Assembly (NCBI GenBank): GCA_041742355.1
Contig: JBGSIV010000157.1
Coordinates: 1 to 64,000 of the forward strand
Origin: Candidatus Zixiibacteriota bacterium
GTDB taxonomy: Bacteria > Zixibacteria > MSB-5A5 > GN15 > FEB-12
Direction of reading: 5' to 3'
Length of the DNA stretch: 64,000 nt
The notes under the pieces were generated by a model. It was not told the DNA's origin, ran no database searches, and worked only from the letters and a program-made list of their open reading frames with translations. Within the stretch, counting starts at the first letter, position 1; the number at the start of each line of letters is the position of its first letter. Of this stretch, positions 37,311-47,507 are shown piece after piece. The translations under genes and the position numbers were made by a program.

Positions 37311-40055
37311 TCATCCTCCCAGCGAGCCGGCGCCGTACAGACCGAAGGCAGCCCAGTGATAGGCCGAGGGGAATTCCTGCCGTGTCCGCTGTTCGGCACG
37401 CTGCAATGATATCGACAAGCATGATGTATTCAGTAGTTCGGCATAAAACCGCTGCATAAACACAGCGGTGGCCCGGTCCGAAACCGGCCAGCGGCTGGCC
37501 AAAACGTTCCGCGCCCCCATCTCCAGCAGTGCCCGGACAAAACCGGTCGACTCCTCTCCCGGCAGCGCGACTTCTTCGCCGGACCGGCAGGCAGCGAGCG
37601 TGACCAGAGCAACATTGCAGCGGCGGAGCTGGAAATCGGCCGCAAAGAGAGGACCATCCTGCAGTTGGAGCGACGAGTAGATGGGGCTCTCGCTTTGCAT
37701 CCGGGCGTGGCCGGCATAGTGCCAGACGAGGTAGTCCCCTTCGGCCGGCCAGGAGGCGCGGGTCGCCGGGGCATGGACCGTGGTCCGGCCAGGGGCCAGG
37801 CACGCCAGTTGCCGCAGTTCTTCTCGGATCTGGGGCAGATCGCCGGCATCGCCTCGGAAGAGGTGGAACTCCTCCCCGGCAGGTCGACGCGATTGAGCCA
37901 GCCAGTGATGCCGGAGGCTCGGGGTTAGCACGACCGCATGCCGATCACCCACCGCCGCACCATTATGCTCAAGCGCCTGCCACGGGAGATTAGCCAGCGG
38001 GCCGTCGGGTACGAGCACTACCGACGAGCAGGTCGAGGGAATTTCGAGTCCCGCCCACAGCCAGCCGCCCAACTCCCGCCAGACCGACTGCTCGACAACA
38101 GATACCGGACCATACTCACCGGGGCCGGCCAGAATTGCCCGCTCCATGCAGAAACGCCATCGTTCGGCGAGGGCCTCCAGCCGCTGCACACCGCCAACAT
38201 ACCTCCTCGCGGCGACCTCGCCCCGATAGTGAACGAGGGCGTGGATATCCTGCCCGGAAAAGTGGAACTGCACGACGGGATGGCCGTCGACTTGGGATGA
38301 AATGTTTGCCGCGAAGCTGTCAGCGGTCAGCAGCGAGGTGTCTTCCGCGCGATCGAGAGTCAACAGACACTCGCGCACCTCACGGTGCAGGTGCGAAATA
38401 CGGCCCGGGATAGCCGCAGAATCGGTACTTCCGGCGGACCGCTGGGCTGGCGACGCGAGCCGCTGCGACAGGGAAAGCACGCGGGCCGACAGCGACGTGA
38501 GGCTTTGCCCGACCTTCTCGCGGGCGGTCCGCAATTCAGCCTCATGCGCCCCCACATTCCAGACGCCCGCGGTGCGCGAACGCTCTGACCAGACTGCGGC
38601 AAGCAGCGGATCAGTCGGAAGATACGCTTCGACCAGACGGGTATGGGGGAGCTTGGCCACTCGGCTGTAGCGGGTTCGCAGTTCCATCGGCGGGAGCGCC
38701 GCACGCACGGTGTCAAGACGATCCGCCGCACGCTGCCAGCATGTCAGGGCCTGGGTCCGTCTCCCGGCGGCAGCGGCGGCATCCCCTTCCAGTACCTGCC
38801 ATGCCGCATACAGGTGCGGCACGCAACGGACCGCCGGATTGCGGCGGAGGCGCGGCAGTGTAGCCGACGCTTGCCCCGAGGCCTCGGCCGTCCGCAGATC
38901 GCACATGGCATCCCAGAATGGCAACTGTGCTCGACTGAATTGCCGGCGCACTGTCTGCAGACGACTCGCGCCGTTCGGTTCGCCCGTATCGGCGAGGTCC
39001 AGCTGAAGGAGTTTGACGGCGCCGAGGAAACCCCGATGGCGAAGCCCGCGGAAAAGTGCCTCCGCCCGCACGGCTTCGCGACGAGCTATCTTCGCATCAT
39101 GCATCCCTGCTGATGCATAGGCCGCGTAGAGATGTGCCTTGGCTTCTTCGTAGGCCAGCTTGAGTTTGTGAAATCTCCGTCCCGCCTCTTGCGCCCCTTG
39201 GTGCGCCTCGCGGTAGAGCCCGAGCTGGAGGTGAACATCTGCCCGATCGAGCAGGCAGAGCGCGTGGCCCCGTGGATCCCCCGCCTTGCGGTAGATCGAC
39301 TCGCACAACGACAGTTCCAGCAGAGCCGCATGGAACCGGCCGGTCAGCAGCCACAGCCATGCCAATCCGTACCGCGCGTCAGCTGCATCGAGCTCGTATC
39401 CGGCCTCGCCGTAAACCTGCAGCGCCAGCCGGTAGAGCGCTTCCGCCTCATCCATACTGAACAGCTGTACGAGCACGTTGGCTTGATTATAGTAGCACCG
39501 GGCCAGCGCGACCCGGTTCTCGGACTTCTCAAAGTAGTGAATGGCGCTCTCGTACAGGCGGGAAGCCCGCCGGGGATCGTCCTGCCGGTGGTACAGGTTG
39601 CCGAGATTCACCCAGGTCTGGGCCAGATCGGATTCGGCTCGAAGCTTCGAAAACGTCCGGATAGCTGCGTTGCCGTAGCGCAGAGCAGCCCGGGTATCGC
39701 CCAGGTACATGCATATGTCCACCAGCGTCCGGTCGACCCTGGCGCGAATCAACGGCTGCGCGCGGCAGAGGGCGCGAGCCTTCAGGTAATACTCGAGTGC
39801 TTTCTGGTGCGATCCGGAGAAGTGGTGCATTCGCCCGAGTGAACGGCTGGCGGTCTGGACGAGAATCGGACGGCCGCTGTGTTCCGCTCGCACGGAAAAC
39901 CGCTCCGCGATCCGCAGTGCCTTCCGAATAGAGGCGCGGAATGCGTCCTGTACCAGACGGTCGCAGGCAGCGGCCAGCTCGGTATCGGCCATGCCGCCGG
40001 ACGACCCAGTCCGCAGAAATCGACGCGCGGCTATGACGGTTTCGTTCTCTTCCAT
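37311..40055 (-). CDS. TPR-CHAT caspase-like protease
   Basis: N-terminal TPR array; VLVPDGPL..LPW, WHYAGHA (His), LAACRSG (Cys), ASRWPVSD, HWAAF; start MEENET overlaps the upstream gene. Confidence 0.93.
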   Translation of the reverse strand: MEENETVIAARRFLRTGSSGGMADTELAAACDRLVQDAFRASIRKALRIAERFSVRAEHSGRPILVQTASRSLGRMHHFSGSHQKALEYYLKARALCRAQPLIRARVDRTLVDICMYLGDTRAALRYGNAAIRTFSKLRAESDLAQTWVNLGNLYHRQDDPRRASRLYESAIHYFEKSENRVALARCYYNQANVLVQLFSMDEAEALYRLALQVYGEAGYELDAADARYGLAWLWLLTGRFHAALLELSLCESIYRKAGDPRGHALCLLDRADVHLQLGLYREAHQGAQEAGRRFHKLKLAYEEAKAHLYAAYASAGMHDAKIARREAVRAEALFRGLRHRGFLGAVKLLQLDLADTGEPNGASRLQTVRRQFSRAQLPFWDAMCDLRTAEASGQASATLPRLRRNPAVRCVPHLYAAWQVLEGDAAAAAGRRTQALTCWQRAADRLDTVRAALPPMELRTRYSRVAKLPHTRLVEAYLPTDPLLAAVWSERSRTAGVWNVGAHEAELRTAREKVGQSLTSLSARVLSLSQRLASPAQRSAGSTDSAAIPGRISHLHREVRECLLTLDRAEDTSLLTADSFAANISSQVDGHPVVQFHFSGQDIHALVHYRGEVAARRYVGGVQRLEALAERWRFCMERAILAGPGEYGPVSVVEQSVWRELGGWLWAGLEIPSTCSSVVLVPDGPLANLPWQALEHNGAAVGDRHAVVLTPSLRHHWLAQSRRPAGEEFHLFRGDAGDLPQIREELRQLACLAPGRTTVHAPATRASWPAEGDYLVWHYAGHARMQSESPIYSSLQLQDGPLFAADFQLRRCNVALVTLAACRSGEEVALPGEESTGFVRALLEMGARNVLASRWPVSDRATAVFMQRFYAELLNTSCLSISLQRAEQRTRQEFPSAYHWAAFGLYGAGSLGG

Positions 40056-40597
40056 GTCAGCCCGGTTAGTTGAATGCTTCGCGTGGCCGAGTGCAGCGAG
40101 AGCCGACGGGGCGGACGGACTGACTGCCATTGATAGACACCCAAATCGTCGGCCGAGACGACGTCGCCGTCGGCCTGAAGGACAAACGGCTCGTCGCCGG
40201 AGAACTGCGCCACGAACGACCAGCCCCTTGGACGTTTCTCGGCGCGCAGTTCAAACGTCAGATCATCGGCCCTGAAGTGAACCCGACGGTTCGCTTCGAT
40301 CGCGGGTCCGCGAACCCCAACCGGCACGGGCGACGCCCACGAGTCGAAAACCAGGTTCGCCACGAGATCGACCAGGCGTTCCACGGCCGATTGACGGCCG
40401 ATAGCTTTGGCCGCCTTGATCACCGCCGCTGGCGGTACCGGCAGCGGATCCCGGCCCACTACTGGGTGAAACCTGGCCAGCACCTCGTACGCCTCACGGC
40501 ATTCCTCGCAGCCCGCGAGGTGGGGATGGTCTGAGCCGGCGCCGGTCCGCGCCAGGCGAATCAGCTCTCTCCGGCTCAAGTGCTTTGCGCGACTCAT
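40031..40597 (-). CDS. soluble zinc-binding (ZAS) anti-sigma-like protein
   Basis: HLAGCEEC (HxxxCxxC), LVFDSW..P..GVRG, beta-rich C-terminus, no TM helix. Confidence 0.8.
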   Translation of the reverse strand: MSRAKHLSRRELIRLARTGAGSDHPHLAGCEECREAYEVLARFHPVVGRDPLPVPPAAVIKAAKAIGRQSAVERLVDLVANLVFDSWASPVPVGVRGPAIEANRRVHFRADDLTFELRAEKRPRGWSFVAQFSGDEPFVLQADGDVVSADDLGVYQWQSVRPPRRLSLHSATRSIQLTGLTWKRTKPS

Positions 40598-40615
40598 TTC
40601 ATCTCCCTTCTCTGT

Positions 40616-40647
40616 ACAGGCAGAGGGAGCATCGGTTACTTCCGTTC
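40616..40647 (-). promoter_or_regulatory. candidate ECF promoter overlapping the sigma gene stop
   Basis: GAACGGA-agtaaccgatgctc-CCTCTGCC-TGT. Confidence 0.7.
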
Positions 40648-41205
40648 TTCAATGTATCCAAGACCGATCAGGATTTCCTTCAGTCGGGTGAGGCAACGGC
40701 GACGTTTGGCTCCGAGCGTATTAGGGGAGAGGTCAAAATCGGACGCAATGTCGTCGTAAGATCGCTCCTCGTCCGCAAAAAAGAAGGCGTACAACAACTT
40801 ACGGCACGGTTGATCTATCCGCGCCAGCGCCGTCTCAAGGGTCGCCTGCAACTCCAGAATTTCAAAGTCTTCCTCGGGATTAGGCCGATCATCGGCCTTG
40901 GCGCCGAGACAGTCGTCGGACTGGTTACGGGCTACTCGATGGCGGAGGCGGATAGCCTCCCGCTTGGCGGTAGTGACCAGCCATGAGGAGATGCGCGACG
41001 CATCCTGAAGGCGGTAGCGGTGCTCAAACAACGCCGTCCACGTGTGTTGAAAGACATCGGCAGCGTCCGCATCTGTAAGTCCGACCTGACGGCAAAAGGC
41101 AAAGACCAGGGATTTATAGCGATCGACGAGCTCTTCCCAAGCCTTCGGGTCGTTGATCAGAACCCGTTGCCACAACTGCTGATCGGTCAGTTCGGATCGT
41201 TTCAT
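40636..41205 (-). CDS. ECF RNA polymerase sigma factor
   Basis: AWEELVDRY, DAADVFQ, WLVTTAKREA, SYDDIA..LSPNTLGAKRRRCL.RL. Confidence 0.93.
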   Translation of the reverse strand: MKRSELTDQQLWQRVLINDPKAWEELVDRYKSLVFAFCRQVGLTDADAADVFQHTWTALFEHRYRLQDASRISSWLVTTAKREAIRLRHRVARNQSDDCLGAKADDRPNPEEDFEILELQATLETALARIDQPCRKLLYAFFFADEERSYDDIASDFDLSPNTLGAKRRRCLTRLKEILIGLGYIEERK

Positions 41206-41411
41206 AGGGTCATATATACCTGTTGCTCCTCGTTGCAAGCTAATGTAATTCCGGCAGCGCGCAATGGGATTCTTCGGGCTGGATGGTCCTGCGGGCATAT
41301 CTGCGGCAGGCTCTGGTTACGATCGGGTAAGTGCGCCGGACACGGTGCCGCTATGGCAATTGGTCGGCCCATCTCCTCCCCTCTACAATGTAGTTTTGCC
41401 TTGGATCGGCA

Positions 41412-41438
41412 TCAATTAGACCCTTGGCGCGCCGATAA
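41412..41438 (+). promoter_or_regulatory. candidate sigma28 promoter for the porin-kinase operon
   Basis: TCAA-N15-GCCGATAA. Confidence 0.65.
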
Positions 41439-41544
41439 TTAGGATATCGGTTCGAGATGACGGATTCTGCTCCAGGAAACCGAACTTCCTCGGATCGACA
41501 AGAGAACAGAAGGGTGACAATCGTACGGATCCGATGGGTGAATT

Positions 41545-42324
41545 ATGGTCAGTGTCCAGCGTCGTATCGCAGTGCTCGGTGCTCTTGGAGCGGTGATCGC
41601 CCTCCTGCCGGCCGAATTGTGCGCACAAGTCCCGGATGATCTCGTCAGTGACCCTGCGCCCCAGGTGGTGGTCGGAGTCGAGACTGAACTGGCTTCCCGA
41701 TACCTCGATCGGGGTTTGACCTACAGTGACGGCGCGGTTTCACAGACCTCGCTCTGGGTCAGCGCGTTCGGACTGACCGGGTCGATCTGGACGAACTACG
41801 AATTCGACGCGGAGATGGGAACACCATCCCTGAACGAAGTAGATATCGCTTTGGCCTGGTCCGGCTCGCTGGGACTCTGGGATCTCGAACCGTCCGTGCA
41901 GACCTTTTCGTATCCCGAGCAACCGGACGTTCCGTGGACAGCCGAGATCTTGCTCTCCCTGACATGCAATCTGCCGGTTGTGCAGCCCTACGCCGTATAT
42001 CGCCTCGATGTCAAGGAATACGCGGGCGCCTGCTTTGGCGAATTGGGCGTGCAAACCGGTTGGGCACTTCGAGAGAATCTCGAGCTGGGCGCCCAGGCAT
42101 CACTCGGCTGGGGTTCATCCGAATTCAACCAAGCCTATCTTGGTAAAGCGTTCTCCGGGCTGCAGGTGGCAATGCTCGATGCCGGGGTGCTGTGGAACGC
42201 CATCGGGGGGCTCTACGTGCGTCCTCACTTGGTCGTGGCAGCGCTGCTCCGTCGGGATGCCCGTGAGCTTGTCGAGGACCCCTCACCGCTGCAGGCCGGG
42301 CTGGTTGTCGGAGGCGAATTTTGA
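41545..42324 (+). CDS. putative outer-membrane porin (TorF/Gcw_chp-like)
   Basis: Signal peptide; ASRYLDRG, NEVD; C-terminal aromatic residue (GGEF). Confidence 0.7.
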   Translation: MVSVQRRIAVLGALGAVIALLPAELCAQVPDDLVSDPAPQVVVGVETELASRYLDRGLTYSDGAVSQTSLWVSAFGLTGSIWTNYEFDAEMGTPSLNEVDIALAWSGSLGLWDLEPSVQTFSYPEQPDVPWTAEILLSLTCNLPVVQPYAVYRLDVKEYAGACFGELGVQTGWALRENLELGAQASLGWGSSEFNQAYLGKAFSGLQVAMLDAGVLWNAIGGLYVRPHLVVAALLRRDARELVEDPSPLQAGLVVGGEF

Positions 42325-44915
42325 TGGTCAGTGCAAAGACGCAGACAAAGCTGATCGTCCTCATGGGAATGGTGCTGGGAGTGTTTCTCCTGGGCATGGT
42401 TTTCATGCACCAGGTGGGCAAGGACCAGGCTGCGCTCCTGTCACAGGACAAAGCACGAGAGAAAACTCTGGCGCTGGAACAGCTGGTTCGGCTGTTAAGC
42501 CGGCCGCTCCAGACGCTGTCATACGACTACACGTTCTGGGACGAGATGGTGGAATTCGTCGCCACCCGTGACAGCGCCTGGGCATACGACAATGTACACA
42601 TAGGCCTCCAAACGTACGAAACCGATGCCGGGTGGGTATTCGCTCCGACCGGCGAGACCGTCTACACGGCGACTGCCGATGGGGTGGACGGAGTCATCGA
42701 CGACAGCATAGTATTGGCCAGCATTCGGGACGCTATGGACCAAAGCTGGTTCAACCACTGGTTTATCATGGCGCCTTTGGGCGTGGTCGAGCTCTACTCA
42801 GCCCCCATTCAACCATCCAACGACAACGATCGCAAGACCGAGCCGCGAGGCTATTTCGTTGTGGCAAAGATATGGGATACCGACTATCTGGCCGAGATCG
42901 AGAGGGCAATCGACGCAGAGATTGCCGTCAAGCCAGTCTCCTCCGAAACACGCAGTGCGTTTGAGCACGCCGGCTCGACCGACCGGCTCGTATTCACGCA
43001 CACACTTCCGGGTCTTCACGGCAAACCGGTAGCGAGGCTGATCTGCGAAGCGGAGAACACGCTCTACACAGCTTTTCGGACAGCCGAGTTCAACCGGATG
43101 ATCTACCTTGGCGTGTTCTGCCTGTTTGTCCTGCTCATCATGGTAGTGGCGCTCCATTACTGGCTGGGCCAGCCGCTGCACCAGGTGATGCTCAGCCTGC
43201 AGACCGGCAGTGACGAGTCAGTCCAGGAGTTGTACCGGGCCGGCGTCGAATTTGGCAAGATCGGCGAATTGATCGGGGCATTCCTGGAGCAGAAATCGGA
43301 CCTTGAGGTCGAAATTCTCGAGCGGCGGCGGACGGAAGAGGCTGTGCGCAGCCGGGAGGGCCTTCTCCGGGCCACCCTGGAGTCGACGGCCGACGGCATT
43401 CTGGTGGCCAGTTGTGATGGCCGGGTGACCCACCGAAACGAGAAATTTCTCGAGCTGTGGAGAATACCGAAAGAACTGGCTAATGACGCCGACGACGAAT
43501 TGTTGATCGGCTACGTGCTCTCGCAGCTGAAGGACCCGACAGCGTTTATCACAAAGGTCACCGCCCTGTACGCCAGCTCGGACGAGTCATTCGACACCCT
43601 GGAGTTCCTCGATGGACGAGTCTTCGACCGGTACTCCTGTCCGCTTGCACAAGAGGGCCGCGTCGTGGGTCGGGTATGGAGTTTCCGCGACGTGACCCAG
43701 CAGCGCAAAGCCGAAGAGGCCCGGCTGCAATTGCAGGAGAGCCTCGAGCGAGCGCAGCGGATGGAGTCGCTCGGACTGCTTGCAGGCGGCGTCGCCCACG
43801 ACCTGAACAACATCCTCGGACCGGTCGTCGGATACTCCGAACTGCTGATGCGTGACGTGAACGAGGATCCCAGGATCCTCGGACGCCTGCAGAAAATCAA
43901 CCGCTCGGCCCAGGAAGCAGCGGCGGTCATTCAGGATCTTCTCGCCCTGGCGCGACGGGGCCGTTACGAGATGCACCCGCTCAATATCAACCAGGTGGTC
44001 AATTCGTATGTCGAATCGGTTGGCTGCGAAAAGCTCCGGGAACGGCACCCCGACATCCGCCTCAACTTAGAACTGAATCCCGCCGCCCGGCCCATCTTGG
44101 GATCGGAGGTGCACCTCGGTAAAGTCGTCATGAACCTCGTGACGAATGCGTTCGAAGCGATGCCGCTCGGGGGATGTCTGACCATCGTGACGGAGCAGGC
44201 GCACCTCGATCATCTCTACGGCGGGTACCGGGATATCGAGGCCGACGACTACGTCATCCTGCGCGTGAAAGACACGGGAACCGGAATCGCAAAGGAAGAC
44301 ATCGCGAAGATTTTCGAACCGTACTTTTCGCGCAAAACCATGGGGCGGAGCGGAAGCGGGCTGGGGTTGTCGATCGTGTACAGCATCGTGAAGGACCACC
44401 ACGGATACTACGATATCTTGTCGGAAGTGGGCAAAGGTACTGAGTTCATCCTGTACTTCCCGGCATCCGAGAAGACCCCCGCGGCTGCCGCGGACAAGCA
44501 GGACATTCAGGGCGGGACCGAGCGCGTGCTGGTCGTCGACGATCGCCCGGAGCAACGTGAAATGGCCTGCGAGATCATTGCCAGCCTGGGTTACTCGGTG
44601 CAGACGGCGGAGAACGGCCACCAGGCTGTTGAGATCATGACGCGCGAGACGGTGGACGTGATCGTACTCGACATGATTATGGAGCCGGACTTCGATGGTC
44701 TGGACACCTATCGTGAAATCCTCAAGATCTGTCCGAGGCAGAAAGCCGTGATTGTGAGCGGGTTCTCCGCCACCGATCGAACTCAGCAGACACTGGATCT
44801 CGGCGCCGGCCGCTACGTGCGCAAACCGTACAGCGTGGAGGAACTGGCGCGGGCATTGCGGGAAGAACTCGACACTGCCCGGAGCGTGATGCAAGACTCG
44901 CCTGCACCAGCATAG
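42324..44915 (+). CDS. hybrid sensor histidine kinase (CHASE4-PAS-HisKA-HATPase-REC)
   Basis: DYTFWDE (CHASE4), GVAHDLNNIL, NLVTNAFEAM, DTGTGI, GSGLGL, REC LDMIM; TGATG coupling. Confidence 0.95.
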   Translation: MVSAKTQTKLIVLMGMVLGVFLLGMVFMHQVGKDQAALLSQDKAREKTLALEQLVRLLSRPLQTLSYDYTFWDEMVEFVATRDSAWAYDNVHIGLQTYETDAGWVFAPTGETVYTATADGVDGVIDDSIVLASIRDAMDQSWFNHWFIMAPLGVVELYSAPIQPSNDNDRKTEPRGYFVVAKIWDTDYLAEIERAIDAEIAVKPVSSETRSAFEHAGSTDRLVFTHTLPGLHGKPVARLICEAENTLYTAFRTAEFNRMIYLGVFCLFVLLIMVVALHYWLGQPLHQVMLSLQTGSDESVQELYRAGVEFGKIGELIGAFLEQKSDLEVEILERRRTEEAVRSREGLLRATLESTADGILVASCDGRVTHRNEKFLELWRIPKELANDADDELLIGYVLSQLKDPTAFITKVTALYASSDESFDTLEFLDGRVFDRYSCPLAQEGRVVGRVWSFRDVTQQRKAEEARLQLQESLERAQRMESLGLLAGGVAHDLNNILGPVVGYSELLMRDVNEDPRILGRLQKINRSAQEAAAVIQDLLALARRGRYEMHPLNINQVVNSYVESVGCEKLRERHPDIRLNLELNPAARPILGSEVHLGKVVMNLVTNAFEAMPLGGCLTIVTEQAHLDHLYGGYRDIEADDYVILRVKDTGTGIAKEDIAKIFEPYFSRKTMGRSGSGLGLSIVYSIVKDHHGYYDILSEVGKGTEFILYFPASEKTPAAAADKQDIQGGTERVLVVDDRPEQREMACEIIASLGYSVQTAENGHQAVEIMTRETVDVIVLDMIMEPDFDGLDTYREILKICPRQKAVIVSGFSATDRTQQTLDLGAGRYVRKPYSVEELARALREELDTARSVMQDSPAPA

Positions 44916-44952
44916 CGTCAGCCGTGCAACTCACTATTCAATGATGTCTTGG

Positions 44953-44985
44953 GCGCCTGCCCTCACCGGCAGGCGCTTCTGTTTT
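44953..44985 (+). terminator. intrinsic terminator
   Basis: GCGCCTGCC-ctcacc-GGCAGGCGC-TTCTGTTTT. Confidence 0.75.
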
Positions 44986-45106
44986 GCCTGGACCGCACGG
45001 AGACGATTGATACGGAGGATGCCGGAAAGGAACTGACGACGCTCTTGATGATTGACCGTGGAAGACGCGGAGCCGTCTTATGCAAGACGGCTCCGCTCAA
45101 CTCATA

Positions 45107-46831
45107 TCAATAGGTCTGTTCGCGGCGGTAGGGGTAGTAGTGAGGATCCCACATGGCGCTGTGGATGAGTTCGGCCAGGTGGTCATCGGACGCATTCATC
45201 CCCACGTTCTCTTCTCTAGCCTGTCTGGCCACCGCAAGGGCGACGGCGAAGGAAACCTCGCGCGTGTCCTTCAGCGACGGCAGCAGGCAAGAATGTGATC
45301 GAAGGGTCGCTGGAACCATGTCCGAGATGGCGCGGGTGGCGGCGTGAAACATCTTGTGGGTGATTTTCTGTGCCTGGCAGACGATCGCGCCGAGACCCAT
45401 ACCCGGAAAGACATAGAGGTTGTTGCACTGCGATATGGTGATCTTGCGGCCATCAGGCAAGATGACCGGTTGGGATGGGCTGCCGGTGGCCATGAGAGCG
45501 CGACCACCGGTAGCGGCCATCACGGCCTCCGGCGTCGCCTCGCAACAGGAGGTCGGGTTGGAGAGGGCCAGCACGACGGGCCGTTCGCAATTGGCCGCCA
45601 GCGCGGCGAGGATCCTGTCGGTAAAGGCACCCTTCTGTCCCGAAAGGCCGATCAGGGTCGTGATCCCGGCGTGGCGGACGACTTCTTCGAGATACGGGGC
45701 CCGACCATCGGGAATGGGCCAGCCCGCGACAACCTCGTGCGTCTGCAGAAAGTGACTCTGGTACGGATCCGCCTTGTCTCCTTCCATCAGCAAGCCGTTG
45801 ATGTCGACGGCAAAGATCTTTCGCCGGGCTTCGGCAACCGTCAACCCCCCTTCCAGGGTCATGAGCGTGACCAGCGCGTTGGCGACGCCGCTGCCGGCCT
45901 GACCGAAGCCGAGTATGGCTATGCGCTCGTCGTCCAGCGACCGTCCCGTCATCTTGAACGCCGAGTGTAATGCTGCCGCAGCCGTGGCGCCGGTCCCCTG
46001 GATGTCGTCGTTGAAGCTGAGAATGCGGTCCTGGTATCGGTCGAGCAACGTGGCCGCATGCTGCTTGCCGAAGTCCTCCCACTGCAGCAGCGCGCGCGGA
46101 AAGACCCGGCGGATACCCTGCACGAAGCGTTCGATGACGGCGTAGTAGTCGTCGCCGGTCAGGCGGGGATGGCGGACGCCCGTGTACATCGGGTCGGCGA
46201 GCAACCGCTCGTTGTTGGTGCCGACATCGATCATAACCGGCAGCGTCGAGGCCGGGTGGATACCGGCGGCGGCAACATAGAGAGCGATCTTCCCAATCGG
46301 GATCCCCATGCCGTCGGCCCCGAGATCCCCCAGCCCGAGAACCCGCTCGCCGTCGGTCGCAACCAGCAGCGAGACGTTCGGGAGGCCGATGTTGTGGAGA
46401 ATTTGCTCGATCGAGTCGACATTGGCCGGCGAAACGTAGATCCCCCGCCAGCGGCGGATAATGTGCGAGCGCTTGATACAGGCCTGGCCGACGGTCGGGG
46501 TGTAAACGATCGGCAGCATCTCCTCGATGTGGTGGGTCAGGAGCGAGTAGAAGACCGTTTCATTGCGGTCCAGCAGACCGATCAACTCATCGTACTTCTC
46601 AAGCTCGGTTGATCGGGATCTGATAATGTTGTAGTTGCGGGCGCGCTGCTGTTCGAGCGTCCCGATCTGATCGGACAACAGGCCGAGCAGATCGAAATCG
46701 GACCGTTCCGTCTTGGTGAAAGCGTATCCCTTGTTCAGCAGGGGATCGGACACCAGCAGGTGGCCCGTATGCGGGACGGCGTAGTAGATCTCACGCGTCA
46801 GTGGGTCGACCCGCATTTCGAAGCGTTTCAT
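45107..46831 (-). CDS. maeA: NAD-dependent malic enzyme
   Basis: VYTPTVG, TDGERVLGLGDLG, QWEDF, FNDDIQGTG, LSNPT, QCNN.YVFPG. Confidence 0.93.
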   Translation of the reverse strand: MKRFEMRVDPLTREIYYAVPHTGHLLVSDPLLNKGYAFTKTERSDFDLLGLLSDQIGTLEQQRARNYNIIRSRSTELEKYDELIGLLDRNETVFYSLLTHHIEEMLPIVYTPTVGQACIKRSHIIRRWRGIYVSPANVDSIEQILHNIGLPNVSLLVATDGERVLGLGDLGADGMGIPIGKIALYVAAAGIHPASTLPVMIDVGTNNERLLADPMYTGVRHPRLTGDDYYAVIERFVQGIRRVFPRALLQWEDFGKQHAATLLDRYQDRILSFNDDIQGTGATAAAALHSAFKMTGRSLDDERIAILGFGQAGSGVANALVTLMTLEGGLTVAEARRKIFAVDINGLLMEGDKADPYQSHFLQTHEVVAGWPIPDGRAPYLEEVVRHAGITTLIGLSGQKGAFTDRILAALAANCERPVVLALSNPTSCCEATPEAVMAATGGRALMATGSPSQPVILPDGRKITISQCNNLYVFPGMGLGAIVCQAQKITHKMFHAATRAISDMVPATLRSHSCLLPSLKDTREVSFAVALAVARQAREENVGMNASDDHLAELIHSAMWDPHYYPYRREQTY

Positions 46832-47507
46832 GACTGTTACTCCTTAGTAGCCGCCCTTCCGGCGGGGCAGCCGCGGGGGAAGATATTGGTGTTGTCTGTC
46901 CATGTCAAGGACACTTGCGACTATGATCACTCTGTGCCGGAAAAGGTCCGCGCCCACCTGCCAGAATGAGGCACAATTGGGATCAGAATGGTCCTAAATG
47001 GGCAGAGCGCTCGTTCTCCTTATGTGAAGAATTTCGCATGCTGAAGAAACCTAAATGGGCGCGCTTTGTTACGGAGAGAGTGTCTGGACGATTCAATTGA
47101 CTGATCATTCGGAACCAGCCGTTCGGTGTTTGTCATCGACGACAAGCAGATGGCGCGCGCGATCCTTCGCCAAATGGAACACGTCGGCCTGGTGGAACTG
47201 GCCGGAGACAAGTATCGATCCACGACGTTCGGCTGGAAGAAAGCCGGATTCGATAATAAATTTACTTCGCGTTTCGTTAACAGTCGATGGGGCAGGCCAC
47301 AACGCCTGCCCCTTTCTCGTTACGGGCAGAGTACTTCCCCACAGGTTCAAGCATGATGCCCGGCGACGCGCTCGACAGACCGCTGAGCTTTCGCCGCACC
47401 GATTGGCCTGCTCAACACCCTTCCGGCGACAGTTTTCGTTTTGCTGCCTTGACCCGCGGCAATATACTTCCTCATACCGAAGGAAACCTGTACCGCGGAG
47501 ACCAACC

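Noticed and set aside
37311..40055. TPR-CHAT as Csx29 of a type III-E CRISPR locus
   Set aside because: No Cas7-11, array or other cas gene is present; the resemblance is only an analogy.
47055..47507. N-terminal extension of the M32 ORF and the short ORF 47126-47356
   Set aside because: M32 homology and the RBS start at 47508; the short ORF may be a gene fragment but cannot be assigned.
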